A stretch of 64,000 nucleotides of DNA from Limisphaerales bacterium (GCA_044225555.1 JBGAIM010000004.1:47828-111827), one strand, 5' to 3'. Counted from the first letter of the stretch, positions 45,815-55,015 are shown. The notes: generated by a model not told the origin, from the sequence alone. Numbers and translations are program-made.

Positions 45815-46006
45815 GGGCACGCTGACAATGAAGACGACCGCTGTGCGGGTCAAGGGAAACCTGCATTTGTTTTGCCGGCGCGCGGTGTTCACGCCGCTTG
45901 AATGCTCGAAAATGCCGGCTGTCGTAGGAAACACCAGCACGGTGTTCGCGGATCCAGGCGGCAATTGTGGGCATCCCAATTGCAGCGTCGCCCCGGTCTC
46001 GCCTTT

Positions 46007-46921
46007 TCACTTCGTGATCGGCCCGATGTATTGACGGGCGACCACGATGTCGTCAAACCACACGGACTGGCGTTGCTGCCAATATTGCTTCGTCGGATCG
46101 CTTTCATCGTAGCCGTAATGTTCGAGCCAGAGACAGTTCACTTTCAAATCCATGTCCGTGCGCCAGCGGATGCCGGTAAACTCGCCCACCAACTTTCCAT
46201 CCACCCACATGGCTTGCCTGCCATCGGCCTTTTCGGGCGCGGTGTTGGCTTGGATCATGAATTCCCAGCATTGCCACGTGTCGAGCGGCGGGAGAACACG
46301 ACTCGGCCCGGCGGCCTGGCCCTTGCCCGGACCGGGCGGGAAAAAGCCGTTGCCCCAGTATTTGTTCATCTTCGGGTCAATCGCCATGTCGAGATAGTAG
46401 GTGTAGAGATTCACCTCGCCGGGCGGCGGATTCCTGCCCCACGCAAACCAAGGCTCCATGCCGGTCGAGTAATACGTTCCGTCCGGTTTCAACCCCGCCT
46501 TGCCGAAGGCCGACCACTTGTTCGTACGCTGGTTCGCCCCCAGCCAGACGAAGTGATGGCAATACTGGTAGTCCGCCGAAAACTTGACGTAGAACCGGAC
46601 ATAAACCGTGTCCGCGCCGGGCAGGAACCATTTGATCGCATCGCCGCCGGTGTTTTGGCCGCGGTCCATCTCCATCTGCACGCACCACTGGCCGGAGTTC
46701 GGTTTCTCGCCCGACATCACCACGCCACCGCGTTGCTGATCCCACTTCTTCATGTCACCGGACTCGAAATTCTCGGCGAACAACACCGCCGGATTCTTCT
46801 CGAGGCCGACGTCACCGGGATAATTTGCCGCCAGACCGCCCGATGCTGCCAAAGCGGAGCCGTGAAAAGCGCAGAACGCCGCGCAGACAGGCAGAGCTGT
46901 TCCCAGTCGCACAAAGCTCAT
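46007..46921 (-). CDS. secreted hypothetical protein, concanavalin-like / polysaccharide-lyase-like beta-sandwich
   Basis: ATG 46921 opens the signal peptide MSFVRLGTALPVCAAFCAFHGSALA. Composition is beta-rich and Trp/Tyr-rich. Family not firmly recognised. Confidence 0.5.
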   Translation of the reverse strand: MSFVRLGTALPVCAAFCAFHGSALAASGGLAANYPGDVGLEKNPAVLFAENFESGDMKKWDQQRGGVVMSGEKPNSGQWCVQMEMDRGQNTGGDAIKWFLPGADTVYVRFYVKFSADYQYCHHFVWLGANQRTNKWSAFGKAGLKPDGTYYSTGMEPWFAWGRNPPPGEVNLYTYYLDMAIDPKMNKYWGNGFFPPGPGKGQAAGPSRVLPPLDTWQCWEFMIQANTAPEKADGRQAMWVDGKLVGEFTGIRWRTDMDLKVNCLWLEHYGYDESDPTKQYWQQRQSVWFDDIVVARQYIGPITK

Positions 46922-47173
46922 ACTTTCGGTCAACGGTATCGGATTTTGTCGAGAGAGCGAGCTTTGACACGTTCTTTCCCAAGGGTTGCTATTACCAACA
47001 GTTCCTTCGGTTAATGGAGAGCAATATGCCTGCGCCAACAGGTGATTTCCCTGTTCCGCCATGTTTGATCCAAGCCCTGACCACCCGAAACCCGGGGTCT
47101 GTGCGTCAAAACGACCACTGGCCAACCCTTCCCTTTGCTGGTAGCCTGGGGCACAACAGCACCTGATTGAACG

Positions 47174-48076
47174 ATGCAAACCAAGTCACCAACTATCATC
47201 GTCGCGCGGTCCAGCGCCTTCACCCTCATCGAGCTTTTGGTGGTTATTGCCATCATTGCCATCCTGGCGGCCATGCTGTTGCCCGCGCTGTCCAAATCCA
47301 AAGCCAAGGCCCAGGGCATTATTTGTCTGAGCAACACCAAACAGATCACCGTGGCCTGGCATCTGTATTCCGGCGACAACAACGATCGCGTGGCCAACAA
47401 CTATGGCGTCACGGAAACCATTCAAGCCATTACCGCCAAAGTGTTCGACAACTGGGTCAACAACGTCATGACTTGGGGCGCTACTGCCGGCACCGCTGAC
47501 GTGAGCAACACCAACCGGGAGTGGGTCGTGAACGGCGTGTTGGGGAGATACACCGCCGGCGCGATCGGCGCCTACAAATGTCCCGCCGACAAATATCTTA
47601 GCACGCCCCAAAACACCGCGCGCTTCCCGGAACGAAACCGCAGCTTGGCCATGAACTCAATCTTTGGCCGGTTCAGCATCGGCAACGATGACACGGCGCG
47701 TGGCCTCAATTGGGGCTTTCCGCAATACCGGCAGTACCTCAAACAAGCCCAGGTGCTCCGCCCCGCCAAGACCTGGCTGGTTATGGATGAACATCCCGAC
47801 TCCATCAACGATGGCTACTATATCAATAATCCGACCGCCGGAAACTGGCAGGACCTGCCGGCCTCCTATCACAACGGGGCGTGTGGATTCTCCTTTGCCG
47901 ACGGACATTCCGAAATCAAGAAATGGTTGAGCGCGAGTTCCAAATATACCTCGGTGAAATATTTCTATCCGGCCACCATGCCCTTTGACGCCCTTGGCCG
48001 GAAGGATTTTGCCTGGTACCTCGAACGAACCGGCTACGTCCTCGCCAACAACGGCCAGCCTCAGTTCGGCTATTGA
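47174..48076 (+). CDS. prepilin-type N-terminal cleavage/methylation domain protein (pseudopilin-like, DUF1559-type)
   Basis: [25 protein letters not shown] leader and a C-terminal SFADGHSE motif typical of PVC pseudopilin-like families. Confidence 0.8.
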   Translation: MQTKSPTIIVARSSAFTLIELLVVIAIIAILAAMLLPALSKSKAKAQGIICLSNTKQITVAWHLYSGDNNDRVANNYGVTETIQAITAKVFDNWVNNVMTWGATAGTADVSNTNREWVVNGVLGRYTAGAIGAYKCPADKYLSTPQNTARFPERNRSLAMNSIFGRFSIGNDDTARGLNWGFPQYRQYLKQAQVLRPAKTWLVMDEHPDSINDGYYINNPTAGNWQDLPASYHNGACGFSFADGHSEIKKWLSASSKYTSVKYFYPATMPFDALGRKDFAWYLERTGYVLANNGQPQFGY

Positions 48077-48162
48077 CCGTCTTCAAATGGGAGGGCGAGC
48101 GCTCTCGCCTTCCCATGGTTTTATTCAGTTCCCGCTCGGCGATCGTGGCCACGCCTCGCGGT

Positions 48163-48450
48163 TCAATGATATTTCCGATCCGAGCGCGTGCGATTCCGCC
48201 GGGATTTGAAAATCGTTTCCGACTTCTGCTTGTAAAGCCACCGGAGAAAAATTTGGAACCGTTCGTCGGCCCGGATCTTTTCCACGGTGTTGAAATCATC
48301 GCGCAGTTGGTTGTGCGTCCAGGTCTTGTGGATGAAGTCCTCACAACTGTGGCAGGTCGGCGCGATCTCCGTACCGCCCTTGCAACGCGGCACGATATGG
48401 TGACCGCGGGTGGGAACACTTCGCCGGCAAAATACGCAGTTCTCGTCCAT
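48163..48450 (-). CDS. small HNH endonuclease
   Basis: ATG 48450 (the track start 48483 is TTG). CVFCRR..GHHIVPRCKGG..CHSCEDFIH. Confidence 0.65.
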   Translation of the reverse strand: MDENCVFCRRSVPTRGHHIVPRCKGGTEIAPTCHSCEDFIHKTWTHNQLRDDFNTVEKIRADERFQIFLRWLYKQKSETIFKSRRNRTRSDRKYH

Positions 48451-48569
48451 AGCGCGCTTCAGGTTTATCAAAAAGTTATCCAAGGCAAATGCAAATTGGC
48501 GGCCGCCGAGGAGGCGGTTCGTCGTGATCGCGCTTGTGAGTCGCCGGTCAGCGGGGGCATCCTCCGCCG

Positions 48570-49316
48570 GTGAAGATTCCGAGTGAGTTGATTCACAAGC
48601 TCGCGTCAGCGGACCGGGTAACCGTGCTCACGGGCGCGGGCGTTTCCGCCGAGAGCGGCGTGCCCACCTTTCGCGATGCGCAGACCGGCCTGTGGGCGAA
48701 ATACAAACCGGAAGACCTCGCCACGCCGCGCGCGTTCCAGCGCAATCCCCGGCTCGTTTGGGAGTGGTATGCGTGGCGTCGCAAACTGGTCGCGGAGGCG
48801 AAACCGAATGCCGCCCACCTCGCGATTGTGGAAATGGAGAAACTATTCCCGCAATTTGGATTGATCACCCAAAACGTGGACGGTCTGCATCAGCGCGCCG
48901 GCAGTGGGAAAGTCATCGAATTGCACGGCAACCTCACACGCACAAAATGTTTCGCCGAAGGGACGATCATCTCGAACTGGAACGACACCGGAGACGTTCC
49001 GCCAAAATGCCCCAACTGCGGCGGCCTCCTGCGACCGGACGTTGTCTGGTTCGAAGAATCAATGCCCGAGCCAGAAATGGACATGGCCGCCCGCGCCAGC
49101 ACCGATTGCGAGGTGTTCCTCTCGATTGGCACGTCCACGGTCGTTTACCCCGCGGCCGCGCTACCGACAACTGCATTGAACAGCGGCGCCACCGTCGTGG
49201 AGATCAATCCGCAACAAACTCCCTTCACCTCACAGGCACACTACGCTCTCGCCGGCCCGGCGGGAGTTGTGTTGCCAGAGTTGATCGCCCACGTGAAAGC
49301 CCAACGGCGGCTGTAG
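48570..49316 (+). CDS. cobB: NAD-dependent protein deacylase (Sir2/CobB family)
   Basis: GTG start. TGAGVSAESGVPTFR, QNVDGLHQRAG, ELHGN and CPNCGGLLRPDVVWFEE. Confidence 0.85.
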   Translation: MKIPSELIHKLASADRVTVLTGAGVSAESGVPTFRDAQTGLWAKYKPEDLATPRAFQRNPRLVWEWYAWRRKLVAEAKPNAAHLAIVEMEKLFPQFGLITQNVDGLHQRAGSGKVIELHGNLTRTKCFAEGTIISNWNDTGDVPPKCPNCGGLLRPDVVWFEESMPEPEMDMAARASTDCEVFLSIGTSTVVYPAAALPTTALNSGATVVEINPQQTPFTSQAHYALAGPAGVVLPELIAHVKAQRRL

Positions 49317-49362
49317 CCGGACTTCTTCAACCCGCGCGGTCGTCCGCGAGCGGTACGCCGTA

Positions 49363-50346
49363 TCAGTTGATCGGGTAACCGTGCCAGAGCCAGGCCAGTG
49401 CGGCCGGCAACGTTTCGTCCTTTACCTTGCCATCACAGTGCCGCGACGCCTTGGAGAATACGTAGCGATAGTGGTAGCCCTTCGCCTTCAACGCCGCCGC
49501 CATCCGTTCGTTCGCCATCACCCAGTTGTGCAATGACGCCTCGTCGCGCTGGTAGCCATTGTCCTGCTCGCTGACGTGCAGCCAGATTCGGATGGGCTTG
49601 GCCGCCCTCTTGGGAATCAGATTTTCGTGATACTCCCACGCGCCGTGCGGTGACTCCGGGTTCAGTGGTGATTGCTGATTCACGTAGGTTCCCGAGTAAC
49701 TCAGCACGCGCCGATACAAGTCCGGTCGAAACCACGCCATGGTGAACGCGCACGCCGCGCCCGAACTGCAACCCATCGTCGCCCGGCCTTCCGGATCTTT
49801 TGTGAACGTCACGTTGTAGTCCTTGGCGACCCGCGGCAGCACCTCCGTCTCGATGAACGTGGTGTACTTATCCGACACCGTGTCGTACTCGAGACCGCGC
49901 TGGCTGCCTTGAGCGTCGCCCCCGCCCGAATTGATCATCACCGCGATCATCACGGGCAGGCGCTTCTCGTGAATCATGTTATCGAGCACCTTGGATATTT
50001 GGTTCGTGTAACCCAGGCCATCCTGCGCCACGACGAACGGCGCGGGCGTGCCGGCGACATATTGTTTCGGCACGTAAACACAGACCTGCCGCCGATACGG
50101 CACGACCCCGGTTTGATTCTTCGCGATCCCCGGATAAATCTTGCTGTCCTCGGAATTCATCGTGAACACGTGCAACGTCCCGCGCGGCACGCCTTCCTTG
50201 ACCGTCAACTCTGGCGCGTTGGTGTAGTTTGGCCCGATGACAAAGTCGCCGTCGGCATAGTCGTCCGCGGCGGAGGCTGGAGTGGAATTCATCACTGTGG
50301 CCAGCAGACCGACGCCGACCGCCAATTGTGCGATCTTCGTTCTCAT
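49363..50346 (-). CDS. secreted esterase (putative esterase / enterochelin-esterase-like family)
   Basis: ATG 50346 plus signal peptide. Nucleophile region MGCSSGAACAF. Confidence 0.7.
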   Translation of the reverse strand: MRTKIAQLAVGVGLLATVMNSTPASAADDYADGDFVIGPNYTNAPELTVKEGVPRGTLHVFTMNSEDSKIYPGIAKNQTGVVPYRRQVCVYVPKQYVAGTPAPFVVAQDGLGYTNQISKVLDNMIHEKRLPVMIAVMINSGGGDAQGSQRGLEYDTVSDKYTTFIETEVLPRVAKDYNVTFTKDPEGRATMGCSSGAACAFTMAWFRPDLYRRVLSYSGTYVNQQSPLNPESPHGAWEYHENLIPKRAAKPIRIWLHVSEQDNGYQRDEASLHNWVMANERMAAALKAKGYHYRYVFSKASRHCDGKVKDETLPAALAWLWHGYPIN

Positions 50347-50484
50347 GATTGTGGAAAAGTTGACGGCGGACAATAAACCGCCGCAGTCGTTCCCCGCAAC
50401 GACGAACATGATGCGACGTAATCACGCAGTTTCCTCAATCTGCTTGCAACCGCCGGCGCAGTTGCAACAACCTGTTCCACACCT

Positions 50485-51444
50485 ATGAACCGCCGACAAT
50501 TCCTCGGAGTAGTTTCCGCCGGCCTGCTCGTCACCCCGCTCCTCGCCGCCAGTCAATCCAAACACCTGCCAACCCGCAAGCTGGGCCGGAGTGGAATCAA
50601 AGTTCCGATCCTTGGCTTTGGCTCGGGCAGTCGGTTTCTCATGTACCAGGAGGACGACGAGGCCATCGCCGCCCTGAACCACGCGATTGATCTCGGCATC
50701 ACCTACATAGACACCGCCCACTCCTACGGCAACGGCAAGAGCGAGGAACGCGTCGGGCGCGTTATGGCCACCCGCCGCAAGGAAGTCGTGCTCGCCACCA
50801 AGATCGCCGCCCGCACGGCCGACGATGCGCGTCGCCAGATCGAACTCAGTCTCAAGCGTCTGCAGACCGACCACCTCGAAGTGATGCACATCCACGCGCT
50901 CAAGAATCTGGACGACCTTGCGGCCATCGAGAAGAAAGGCGGTGTGCTGGAAGCGATGTATGAAGCGCGCGAAAAGAAAATCACCCGCGCCATCGGTATC
51001 ACGTGCCACGCCGATCCGGCGGCATTGCAGGCTGCACTCGAACGTCATGATTTCGATTGTACCCAGATGGCGCTCAACGCCGGTCTGGCCAGCATCACCG
51101 AGGCCATGAAGATCGCGCCCGCGCCCGCACCCGCCAGCTTTGAGCACCTCGCCTTGCCCGTGGCGACGAAGAAGCAGATGGGCGTGATCGCCATGAAAGT
51201 TTTCGGCCAGGAACAACTCGTCGGTGCGGCGGCGCCGGAGAAGCTGCTCGCCTACGCGCTCTCACTGCCCGTCAGCCTCGCGAGCGTCGGTATGCCCAAG
51301 CCCGAGTTGATCGAAACCAATGTCGCCTTCGCGAAAAACTTCTCTGCCCTGTCTCGCCGCGAACGTGAAGGGCTTGTGGATTCCATCGAAGCCGGGCGCA
51401 AGCACGCCATGCTCCGTTTCTTCCGTGACCATGAAGACGCTTGA
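50485..51444 (+). CDS. aldo/keto reductase with Tat-type leader
   Basis: MNRRQFLGVVSAG leader. GITYIDTAHSYGNGKSE, and LATK with the catalytic-tetrad context. Confidence 0.85.
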   Translation: MNRRQFLGVVSAGLLVTPLLAASQSKHLPTRKLGRSGIKVPILGFGSGSRFLMYQEDDEAIAALNHAIDLGITYIDTAHSYGNGKSEERVGRVMATRRKEVVLATKIAARTADDARRQIELSLKRLQTDHLEVMHIHALKNLDDLAAIEKKGGVLEAMYEAREKKITRAIGITCHADPAALQAALERHDFDCTQMALNAGLASITEAMKIAPAPAPASFEHLALPVATKKQMGVIAMKVFGQEQLVGAAAPEKLLAYALSLPVSLASVGMPKPELIETNVAFAKNFSALSRREREGLVDSIEAGRKHAMLRFFRDHEDA

Positions 51445-51452
51445 TCAAGCAC

Positions 51453-51728
51453 CTATTCCGGAAAGAAGCGGTTCAACTCTGTGGTGAGCATGGCCCGGTC
51501 AACAAAGCTGAACGTCCCCTGCTCTCGCGCTTCCTGCGCCGCCTCCAGAAGCCCGGTCATCGCCGCGCGGTAAAACGTCGCCGCGAGACTGATTCGCTTC
51601 ACACCCGCGTCCACCAGTTCCGCCACGCTGAATGATCGGCCCCGGCCACCCACCTGCTCGTTTTCGACAAGGCCAAATTCCCGCAGCACGCGGGCGTAGT
51701 CGCCCTCCTCCGGTTCGATCTCCGCTGA
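51453..51728 (-). pseudogene. C-terminal remnant of an isocitrate lyase / PEP mutase family gene
   Basis: The open frame encodes only about 90 aa (..FSVAELVDAGVKRISLAATFYRAAMTGLLEAAQE..GTFSF), resembling the C-terminus of about 270-aa PEP-mutase-family proteins. It is bounded upstream by an in-frame TGA and no intact N-terminal part fits before 51847. Confidence 0.4.
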
Positions 51729-51846
51729 TCACCCAGTAGCCAGGCCAGCACCGTGCCGCCTTGCGGACTGTTGCGGGCATTGGTGAGGGATGGAACGATC
51801 GGCGGATTGTCGCAATTCAACAGCCCCGACGCCAATCCGGGCGGCC

Positions 51847-52320
51847 TCAAAGCCCGAAGCCGTGAATCAGCGCCCGGCTCGTGCCATACGCGATGAAGGC
51901 CAGCACGAAGGTCGCATACAGCAAATTGAAAATCCGGGCCCGGGCTTCAAGAAAGGATTTCAAACGATCACGCCAGCGTCCGGGCAGAAGGCTTTGGGCC
52001 GCTGTAAACAGGAACAGCGCCAGGATCAGCATGCCCATGGGATGGTAGTGCCAGCTCTCGACGAACATCCCGCGCACCCCACAACTCAGGCTGCGGGTCA
52101 GGCCGCAGCCCAGACACGGGATGCCCGTGGCGCTCTGCCACCAGCACAGTTGGATGCCCGCGATACCGTGCGGCGGGCAAGCCAGCGCCAGTGCGAGTCC
52201 AAGCCAGGCCACGATGACGCAGGGCTTACCCAGCCAGAGGTCGGCAACGTTCGCTGGTTTGGCGAACCAGTTCTTGATTCGCACGAACCCGGGAACAGAT
52301 CGTAACACTGCTGCTGGCAT
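51847..52320 (-). CDS. DUF2752 family membrane protein
   Basis: ATG 52320. IPCLGCGLTRS motif and four hydrophobic helices. Confidence 0.65.
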   Translation of the reverse strand: MPAAVLRSVPGFVRIKNWFAKPANVADLWLGKPCVIVAWLGLALALACPPHGIAGIQLCWWQSATGIPCLGCGLTRSLSCGVRGMFVESWHYHPMGMLILALFLFTAAQSLLPGRWRDRLKSFLEARARIFNLLYATFVLAFIAYGTSRALIHGFGL

Positions 52321-52333
52321 GCAAGTGTTGCTG

Positions 52334-52978
52334 CTAATTGATAAACCGCAAAACAATGTTGAGGACGAACGCGAAACCGTAGAGGACTTTCAAAGTGTCG
52401 TCTTCGTTTACTCTGAACACGTAATAAAGGGCGTACAAAGGAATGCACAACGCGAGAAACCCCGTGCCGATGTTGTCGCGAAAAGCGGCGACCGCGACAA
52501 TGATGTGAACCGTCAAAACGTAAAGCACGGCCACGCCGAGAAACGCCAGCTTCATGCCCGGGTTATCCTTTCCCAAGAAATACAACGCCCCGAGGACTAC
52601 CACCACGAGCCCGACATAGGGAAAGGCGGTCTTGTACCAAGGAGTTTCCCACTGATCCTTGGCCGGTTTGCCAGGCGCCGCCGGCTTTCCAGCCACCATG
52701 CGTTTGCCGGTCGCCATGTTGTAACCGCATTTGGTGCATAAGACCGCTCCCCGCGGGAGCGCCGCCCCGCAAGACGGGCAACCAGACGCACTGCTTTGCG
52801 CCGGGGCCGGGGCGGGTGCTGGCGGTGGCGGCGGTGGCGGCGGCGGTGCTGCTGCCGGAGTGCCCGGCACCATCATACTACCGTGGCAGGCCGGGCAGTT
52901 GATTTGCATGCCCGCGTAGCCCGTGTCCGCTTGAATGTGCTGCTGGCAGTGCGGACAGGAGAATTTGATTTCGGCCAT
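52334..52978 (-). CDS. zinc-ribbon / poly-proline / membrane protein (hypothetical)
   Basis: Two CxxC pairs at the N-terminus (CPHCQQ..CPACHG), a PPPPPPPPPAPAPAP tract, a second ribbon (CPSCGA..CTKCG) and C-terminal TM helices. Confidence 0.6.
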   Translation of the reverse strand: MAEIKFSCPHCQQHIQADTGYAGMQINCPACHGSMMVPGTPAAAPPPPPPPPPAPAPAPAQSSASGCPSCGAALPRGAVLCTKCGYNMATGKRMVAGKPAAPGKPAKDQWETPWYKTAFPYVGLVVVVLGALYFLGKDNPGMKLAFLGVAVLYVLTVHIIVAVAAFRDNIGTGFLALCIPLYALYYVFRVNEDDTLKVLYGFAFVLNIVLRFIN

Positions 52979-53218
52979 AAGAGTTAGCTTTCCCGAGGCT
53001 GATTTCGTGCCACGCTGCCAAAATCAACCCCAGACGTCAAATCTCGTTCGCAACTGAAGATTCGAGAATTGAATCCAGATCATCGGCTGGTCAAGAAGCC
53101 GGGAACTGCACCCGGAAGGTAATGATGCGCCTGAAGGTTGCAGGATTACAGGTTGCAAGTTCACCGCCGCGGACGACGGACAAAACCTGCAACCTGCAAC
53201 TTTCAACCGGCAACGCGC

Positions 53219-54355
53219 CTAGCGCCGCACTTTGCGCGTCTTGTAGGTGAGGAGCGGCCGCAACGTCGCGATGACGGACACAAGTCCGGCAGCAACGAGG
53301 TCGGCGATGACCTGCTCAATGTTTTTGTACGCGGCGGGCGCTTCTTCATAGAGCAGGTCGCGCGCTTCACACACCACCCGGCCTCCAAGCGGCGTCTGCG
53401 TGAGTTCAGCCACACGGAAACGTTCGCGCATGCGCTGACGCGCATCGCTCCGGGCCCACTTGCGGCCGGCACCGTGCGCCAAGGACCACGCGTGGCTCCC
53501 GCCAGCGCCCGCCGGCTTCACGAGGTAACTCAACGAACCGCGGGAACCGGGGATGACGACGACCCCACCATCGGCAACCACAGCGCCTTTGCGGTGGACC
53601 CAGACAACTTCACCCTCGCTTTCGCGGCGCGTGATGCTGTTGTGGCAACCGTCCCAGACGCACTCTGCTTCAGCCCCAAGCGCTGCCACCAAGCGGTGCG
53701 CGATGAGTTCACGATTGGCCCTGGCCCAGCGCACCGCCAAGTCGTGTCCGCGAAGGTATTCCTCCGCAGCGAACGAATCCGCTTCGACGCCGTCGCCGTC
53801 GTGCTGGTCCACGTGTGCGCGCAGGATGGCTTCACCCAGGCCCCGCGAACCGCTGTGAACGAGCACAACGAGTTGTTGCCTGCCGAGACCGAGTTGTTTG
53901 AATGCCTCGGCATTGAACACCTGCTCGACCGCTTGCAGTTCAGCGAAGTGATTCCCGCCGCCAATCGTGCCGAGGGCGGTATCGAACTCCGTGGGTTCGA
54001 GATCCCGAGCGGCGCGGAACTCCACGACGGATTCGTCCCACGGATGTTCGAGGTTGAATCGTAGCGCGGCCCAGCGATCGAGCTTGGCGTCGCGGCGGAC
54101 GAGGTTCGTAGGGAACAACGCCATGCCGCAACCGATGTCGCCACCGATGAGGTGCGGATAGATCACAGCCTCCGTCACAAAGGCCGCGCCGACGGGCGAG
54201 CCTTTGCCCGGGTGCAAATCCGGAAAACCGACGACGTGACGCACGCCGTCGAGCTTCGCCGTGGCGTAGAGCTGGCGCACCGCCTCGCCTTCGATCCAAC
54301 TTTGGGCCGAGGCAAAGAGGCGCACCGGGGCGGTGGTGGAAAGTTGAGAGTTCAT
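53219..54355 (-). CDS. rtcB: RtcB-family RNA ligase, compact (about 378 aa) form
   Basis: ATG 54355 (MNSQLSTTAPVRLFASAQSWIEGEAV). PDLHPGKGSPVG, HSGSRGLG, CHNSI and SLAHGAGRKW. The track's longer start 54502 adds a basic, non-conserved-looking extension. Confidence 0.85.
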   Translation of the reverse strand: MNSQLSTTAPVRLFASAQSWIEGEAVRQLYATAKLDGVRHVVGFPDLHPGKGSPVGAAFVTEAVIYPHLIGGDIGCGMALFPTNLVRRDAKLDRWAALRFNLEHPWDESVVEFRAARDLEPTEFDTALGTIGGGNHFAELQAVEQVFNAEAFKQLGLGRQQLVVLVHSGSRGLGEAILRAHVDQHDGDGVEADSFAAEEYLRGHDLAVRWARANRELIAHRLVAALGAEAECVWDGCHNSITRRESEGEVVWVHRKGAVVADGGVVVIPGSRGSLSYLVKPAGAGGSHAWSLAHGAGRKWARSDARQRMRERFRVAELTQTPLGGRVVCEARDLLYEEAPAAYKNIEQVIADLVAAGLVSVIATLRPLLTYKTRKVRR

Positions 54356-54776
54356 AAAAGTTGAGAGTTGAGGGGTGAAACAAAGTGAGGGTGCGGAGGT
54401 TTTGCGTCTTGCAACTCGCAACCTTCGGGCTTCGACCGAATTGGTTCCCGAGGTTGGTATCGCGTCACGTCTCCTCGTCTTCGGCGAAACGCGGTGGCGC
54501 ATTAACGCCGTGCGATTACCCAGTAGTAAATTGCTTCTTCAAACGAGATGGAAGGTCGGGGCGAGATGCTTCGAAACTCGGTTGAGCTTTCCGGCTTACG
54601 CACACCGGCAACACGCTCCGGGACCGGTTGTTCTGGTTGGGCTGGTGAAGGTGTTTTTTCCTTCAAGTCATCATTCATTAATGGGTGGATTGGTTGCATA
54701 GGGATCATGGGTTGAACCGTAGCCGCAGCGGTGTCGCATTCAGGGAACACCGCTGCGGTTAGAGATGATTGGTCCT

Positions 54777-54923
54777 TCAGACCGTTTTGATTTGGGGTTT
54801 CAAACCGAAGCGCGCCGGACGAAACACAAATGTCAATTTGGCCCGGCGGATTCGGAGGATACGACCTGGCCGGTAGCTCTTGCGAAAGAGCAACTGGCTT
54901 TGATAACGGAGAACAGGTTTCAT
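54777..54923 (-). CDS. possible 48-aa highly basic small ORF
   Basis: ATG 54923 is preceded by AAAGGAAATCCC (good SD). MKPVLRYQSQLLFRKSYRPGRILRIRRAKLTFVFRPARFGLKPQIKTV. Below the 60-aa cutoff of the track. Confidence 0.25.
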   Translation of the reverse strand: MKPVLRYQSQLLFRKSYRPGRILRIRRAKLTFVFRPARFGLKPQIKTV

Positions 54924-55015
54924 GGGATTTCCTTTGGTTGACGGTTGGAACGAAATTGGATTGCCGGGCGGCAGCCGACGATTGATTTGCAGCAGACCCC
55001 GCCTACGCTGCGTTT

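Noticed and set aside
48163-49316. The HNH nuclease and Sir2 pair as a candidate anti-phage defence module (DSR/Thoeris-like).
   Set aside because: The Sir2 protein is a compact 248-aa CobB-type deacylase with complete sirtuin catalytic and zinc-ribbon-region motifs. It has no extra sensor or effector domains. The HNH gene is divergently oriented and only about 95 aa. Nothing beyond adjacency supports a system.
52800-52870. The GC-rich simple repeat ggcggtggcggcggtggcggcggcggtgc, as a possible non-coding repeat or G-quadruplex element.
   Set aside because: On the minus strand it encodes the poly-proline tract (PPPPPPPPPAPAPAP) of the zinc-ribbon membrane protein 52334..52978.
52978-54502. 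A prfH (release factor H), rtcA, rtcR or Rsr/Ro60 plus Y-RNA partner for the compact RtcB.
   Set aside because: No ORF flanking 53219..54355 has RF-like GGQ, RtcA cyclase, sigma54-activator or Ro60 (TROVE) features. The tRNA-like units have real anticodon arms and CCA ends rather than the long Ro-binding stem of Y RNAs.
54355-54502. The N-terminally extended RtcB start at 54502 (TAATG coupling with the upstream small ORF).
   Set aside because: The extra 49 residues (MRHRVSPKTRRRDAIPTSG..) are basic and low-complexity, unlike any RtcB N-terminus I know. The conserved region begins right after ATG 54355. I keep it as an open alternative, not as the preferred call.
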